Source: a virus (taxonomy: Duplodnaviria > Caudoviricetes). Taken from it: a stretch of DNA of 30,328 nucleotides. The position numbers and the translations under genes were made by a program. Shown one piece after another: positions 27,677 to 30,328 of the stretch. The notes beneath the pieces are model-generated. The model ran no database searches. It saw only the letters and a list, made by a program, of their open reading frames with translations, and was not told where the DNA came from. The stretch is taken from the IMG/VR virus record IMGVR_UViG_3300043473_000092, positions 1 through 30,328 of that record, one strand, 5' to 3'. Position 1 is the stretch's first letter. Every line of letters starts with the position of its first letter.

Positions 27677-28128
27677 GGGCCCCGCCATACCGCCCGGATT
27701 CCGTAGGGTTCACTATAGTCTGCCCTATTATCCCCCTATGGACTGCCCTATTATCCCCTAGGGGAGCCCCGAATCGGCCCCGCCAATGGGCCCATGACAG
27801 GGGTCGTCATGGGCCCATGCACATTGTTCTGTCGGGGTTGGGCTCCCCATTCAGAGCATACCCTTTGCTCGAGGTTATACCTCTTGCTCCCTATCCTATG
27901 ACGTAAGAATTTTTTTTTTATTCATAGAGAGGGGGACCTAAGGGCCATTACGTCACACCATGTTAGGTCAGAGCACTGTTACGTCACCCCCCATAGTCGC
28001 ACCAGCCCGGCTGGTAGGGAGGGGGACCCCGGTTTTCGATTCCATGTAGAGACTAATAGGGCTCCAATAGAGCACACAATAGGGATATAATAGTGAACCC
28101 TACGGTTTGCTTACGGTATAGCGGGCCC
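27677..28128. repeat. Long inverted-repeat element with phased CTAT/AATAG arrays (putative terminus/pac or origin)
   Basis: Perfect 16-bp inverted pair 27701-27716 / 28090-28105 inside ~50-bp imperfect arms; direct repeat ctgccctattatcccc at 27720 and 27743; T10 at 27910-27919. Confidence 0.75.
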
Positions 28129-28156
28129 ATCTTCCACTAATACAACCCATGGGTTG

Positions 28157-28185
28157 TAGACAACGGGCCCTTTCTATGCGATACT
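28157..28185 (+). promoter_or_regulatory. Early sigma70-type promoter
   Basis: TAGACA, 17 nt, GATACT with a TG extended -10; overlapped by the 18-bp palindrome 28141-28158; ~65 nt upstream of the first early gene. Confidence 0.6.
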
Positions 28186-28250
28186 ACTTATGGGCGTGGA
28201 CCTTGAGTCGCGCCGCCTTACCTAGTTCGAGCCAACCACGGAGCTACACC

Positions 28251-28424
28251 ATGAAGACGCAACTCACCACCCTCAGCATGAGGCTTGATGCACTCATCGC
28301 CTCCGCTGAGGACAAGGCCGACAGCGACAACGAAAAGACCGCAGAGCGCTACGAGACCATCATCGAGTGCCTTCAGGCCGCGCACGAGAGCATCGAGGAG
28401 GCCATCGCGGCCTTCGACGACTAG
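28251..28424 (+). CDS. Small acidic early protein (57 aa)
   Basis: CACGGAG SD then ATG at 28251; MKTQLTTLSMRLDALIASAED...AAFDD, helical hairpin, 14 D/E versus 5 K/R. Confidence 0.7.
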   Translation: MKTQLTTLSMRLDALIASAEDKADSDNEKTAERYETIIECLQAAHESIEEAIAAFDD

Positions 28425-28460
28425 GCGCTACGCACCTCATTCTCACGGAGCTATCCCCCC

Positions 28461-28715
28461 ATGACAACCACAATCCGCTTCAATACCGGCCGGAAGTACA
28501 CTTCAGACGGCCAACTCATCGTCGCCACCCTCCACGACGACCGGACTGTAACCTTTATGGATCACTCTCGCGGCATCAGCGGCCAGTTCGAGCTCGGCCT
28601 ACCGGCCGATCTCTCTGAGAGCATCGTTATGGACCACTACGACAATCTCCACTACCAGAACGGCGCCCGCTCATGGAACGATGGAATGTCCCGCGGCGGA
28701 TGCAATAGTCGCTAG
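28461..28715 (+). CDS. Hypothetical early protein (84 aa)
   Basis: CACGGAG SD; FNTGRKYT.DGQ.I...F.DHSRGI.G...VM.HYD pattern; good codon bias. Confidence 0.75.
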   Translation: MTTTIRFNTGRKYTSDGQLIVATLHDDRTVTFMDHSRGISGQFELGLPADLSESIVMDHYDNLHYQNGARSWNDGMSRGGCNSR

Positions 28716-28798
28716 TATCACCTCGGGGAGCGGCATTGCCGCTCCCTTGGGAGGGACTAGTGCGGGCTATCGCCCGCAACCTCAAAAGGAGCAAGACC

Positions 28799-28996
28799 AT
28801 GGCCTTACTCGATACCACAGACAGTAACGATGCGCTTGGGCGCATCGCAGATTTAGTCAATCTCGTCGAGTCTCAGGCTTGGGGCGTCGACGAACCCGGC
28901 TACAACGAGGCGCTCTCACTACTTGACGCGCTCAAGCGCCAGATAATCATCCTCACGAATGAGGGCGAGGACGATCCGGCGGAAGACGCGGGCTAA
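28799..28996 (+). CDS. Small acidic early protein, paralog A (65 aa)
   Basis: AAGGAG SD then ATG at 28799; MALL...Q.WG.D..GYNEA motif shared with the next gene. Confidence 0.7.
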   Translation: MALLDTTDSNDALGRIADLVNLVESQAWGVDEPGYNEALSLLDALKRQIIILTNEGEDDPAEDAG

Positions 28997-29047
28997 GGAC
29001 ACTATCAGGGCGGCAATAGTGCCGCCCTGAATAACAGGAGGACTGAA

Positions 29048-29311
29048 ATGGCCTTACTCGGAGATACTGAACTGGCAGACATCAAGTCTCGCCTTCTCGA
29101 CATCGAGAAGATCCTTCGCGCCCAACCTTGGGGCCCGGATGACACCGACGGATACAACGAGGCGATTGCGAGTCTCATTATTGTTCGCAATCAAGTGACC
29201 GACCTCGGCATGTACCATGTCGACGACGGTGGCGAGCCGGGATCGCCAGTGAAGGACAGCAAGGCCGCGAAGGCGGCCGGACCCAAGGACGAGCCTCACG
29301 CGAAGAAATAG
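29048..29311 (+). CDS. Small early protein, paralog B (87 aa)
   Basis: AGGAGG SD; MALL...QPWGPDDTDGYNEA. Confidence 0.75.
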   Translation: MALLGDTELADIKSRLLDIEKILRAQPWGPDDTDGYNEAIASLIIVRNQVTDLGMYHVDDGGEPGSPVKDSKAAKAAGPKDEPHAKK

Positions 29312-29363
29312 CCTCCGGCTGGACGTGCGTGTCCAGCCTCTTCACCAACCACGGAGTCAGACG

Positions 29364-30083
29364 ATGACCATCACCCAACCCGACGCCAAGACCAACGAGG
29401 CGCTTCGCGCGCGCATTCGCGCGCTCCTCAATAAGACCACTATGAATAACTGCACCGAGCACGAGGCAATGGCTGCCGCAGCCAAAGCCCGCGAGCTCAT
29501 GGACAAGTACCAGCTCGACCTTGCTGACCTCCACGAGGTCGAGTCCTTCGTCACCGAAACCGTCGACTGGCCCAAGAAGCGCAAGTTCGACTTCAAGTCC
29601 GCCATCGCCGTCCGCGTGGCCTCATACTGCGACTGCCGCGGATGGATGTCCTCTGCCGAGCGGACATTGAAGTTCTTCGGCCGGGAGTCCGACGCCATGT
29701 TCGCCACATGGCTCATCGACGCCCTGTGCGACTTTGTCGCCCAAGGCTGGACGAGCTACACACTGGACTTCCTCTTCGCCGAGAAGGAGGACTACCGCTG
29801 CTCGGAAGAGGACTTCTACTACGGCGCCGCGACACGAATCAATGAGCGTCTGCGCCTTTTGGCAAACGAGCGCCGCGCCGCGACCGGCCCGGGCCTCGTC
29901 GTGAGCAAGAGCGGCCAGCTCGACGCGGCCTTCAAGAACCTGGGCCTGACACTGCACTCGAGCAAGCGCACGGCCTTCCGTAGCCGTGACGGTGCGAGCC
30001 TCGCCGCAGGTCAGTCCCGCGCCGACAACGCGGCCTTCAATCGACCGATCAATAATGGCCGGAAGACATTACTCTTGAAGTAG
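29364..30083 (+). CDS. DUF2786-domain protein (239 aa)
   Basis: RIRALLNKT..N.TEHEAMAAAAKARELMDKYQL DUF2786 signature; FFGRESDA, FYYG...RINERL; CACGGAG SD before ATG at 29364. Confidence 0.8.
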   Translation: MTITQPDAKTNEALRARIRALLNKTTMNNCTEHEAMAAAAKARELMDKYQLDLADLHEVESFVTETVDWPKKRKFDFKSAIAVRVASYCDCRGWMSSAERTLKFFGRESDAMFATWLIDALCDFVAQGWTSYTLDFLFAEKEDYRCSEEDFYYGAATRINERLRLLANERRAATGPGLVVSKSGQLDAAFKNLGLTLHSSKRTAFRSRDGASLAAGQSRADNAAFNRPINNGRKTLLLK

Positions 30084-30149
30084 TACCGCGAAGGAGCGCG
30101 GCTTCGGCCGCGCTCTCACGGGGTACTATCCCCCTGAAGGAGACAATCC

Positions 30150-30328
30150 ATGACACTCTCAGGCCAACAGATACTCGGACGGGACTACCCAACCATGCAT
30201 GGTCCCGTAATCAACATGAACGGCTCGAGCCCCGAGCGCCTCGTCGAGGACATGCTCGTCGTAATCCACGCGGCGAGCGACCTCGTTGCGGCGCGTCGAG
30301 CCGCAACACCCCACCGTGGCGACTACCC
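30150..30328 (+). CDS. Hypothetical early protein, 3'-truncated
   Basis: AAGGAG SD, ATG at 30150: MTLSGQQILGRDYPTMHGPVINMNGSSPERL...ATPHRGDY, open to the window end. Confidence 0.6.
   Translation, partial: MTLSGQQILGRDYPTMHGPVINMNGSSPERLVEDMLVVIHAASDLVAARRAATPHRGDY

Noticed and set aside
27713-27760. CRISPR-like repeat (ctgccctattatcccc x2)
   Set aside because: Only two 16-bp copies 7 bp apart, no spacers of CRISPR length and no cas genes.
27990-28045. tRNA-like ggttttcgattcc T-loop motif
   Set aside because: No acceptor, D or anticodon stems could be built, and the motif deviates from GGTTCGA.
28063-28091. Promoter using TATAAT at 28086-28091
   Set aside because: No credible -35 at 17 bp and the hexamer is part of the phased AATAG array; cannot be excluded but is unsupported.

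Overview
About 30 kb of a GC-rich, short-tailed (podovirus-type) dsDNA phage genome, probably infecting an alphaproteobacterium (inferred from an RcGTA-like head-spike base gene and GC content). From about 27.4 kb down to position 1, the minus strand carries a late module. In transcription order it holds a 194-aa orphan, TerS, a PD-(D/E)XK nuclease, TerL, portal, scaffold, SU10/DUF5309-like major capsid, decoration protein, adaptor and tail fibre. These are followed by a holin/GH19 endolysin cassette, an 870-aa muramidase-LysM protein, a head-spike cassette, the nozzle, a collagen-like fibre with repeated putative docking modules plus an accessory fibre, and four internal/ejection proteins; the last runs off the window and is absent from the ORF track. 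From 28.25 kb the plus strand carries small early genes separated by hairpins. The ~860-bp divergent non-coding region between the two blocks is highly ordered: long inverted arms, helically phased inverted repeat arrays, a T10 core and many hairpins. It is the best candidate for a genome-terminus/packaging or origin element. The main hunt items are a possible branched collagen-fibre adhesin system built from a duplicated tip+chaperone module, this symmetric non-coding element, and several structured translation-initiation regions. No tRNA, CRISPR, integrase or reverse transcriptase was seen. All protein family calls come from motif recognition and synteny, not from database searches.
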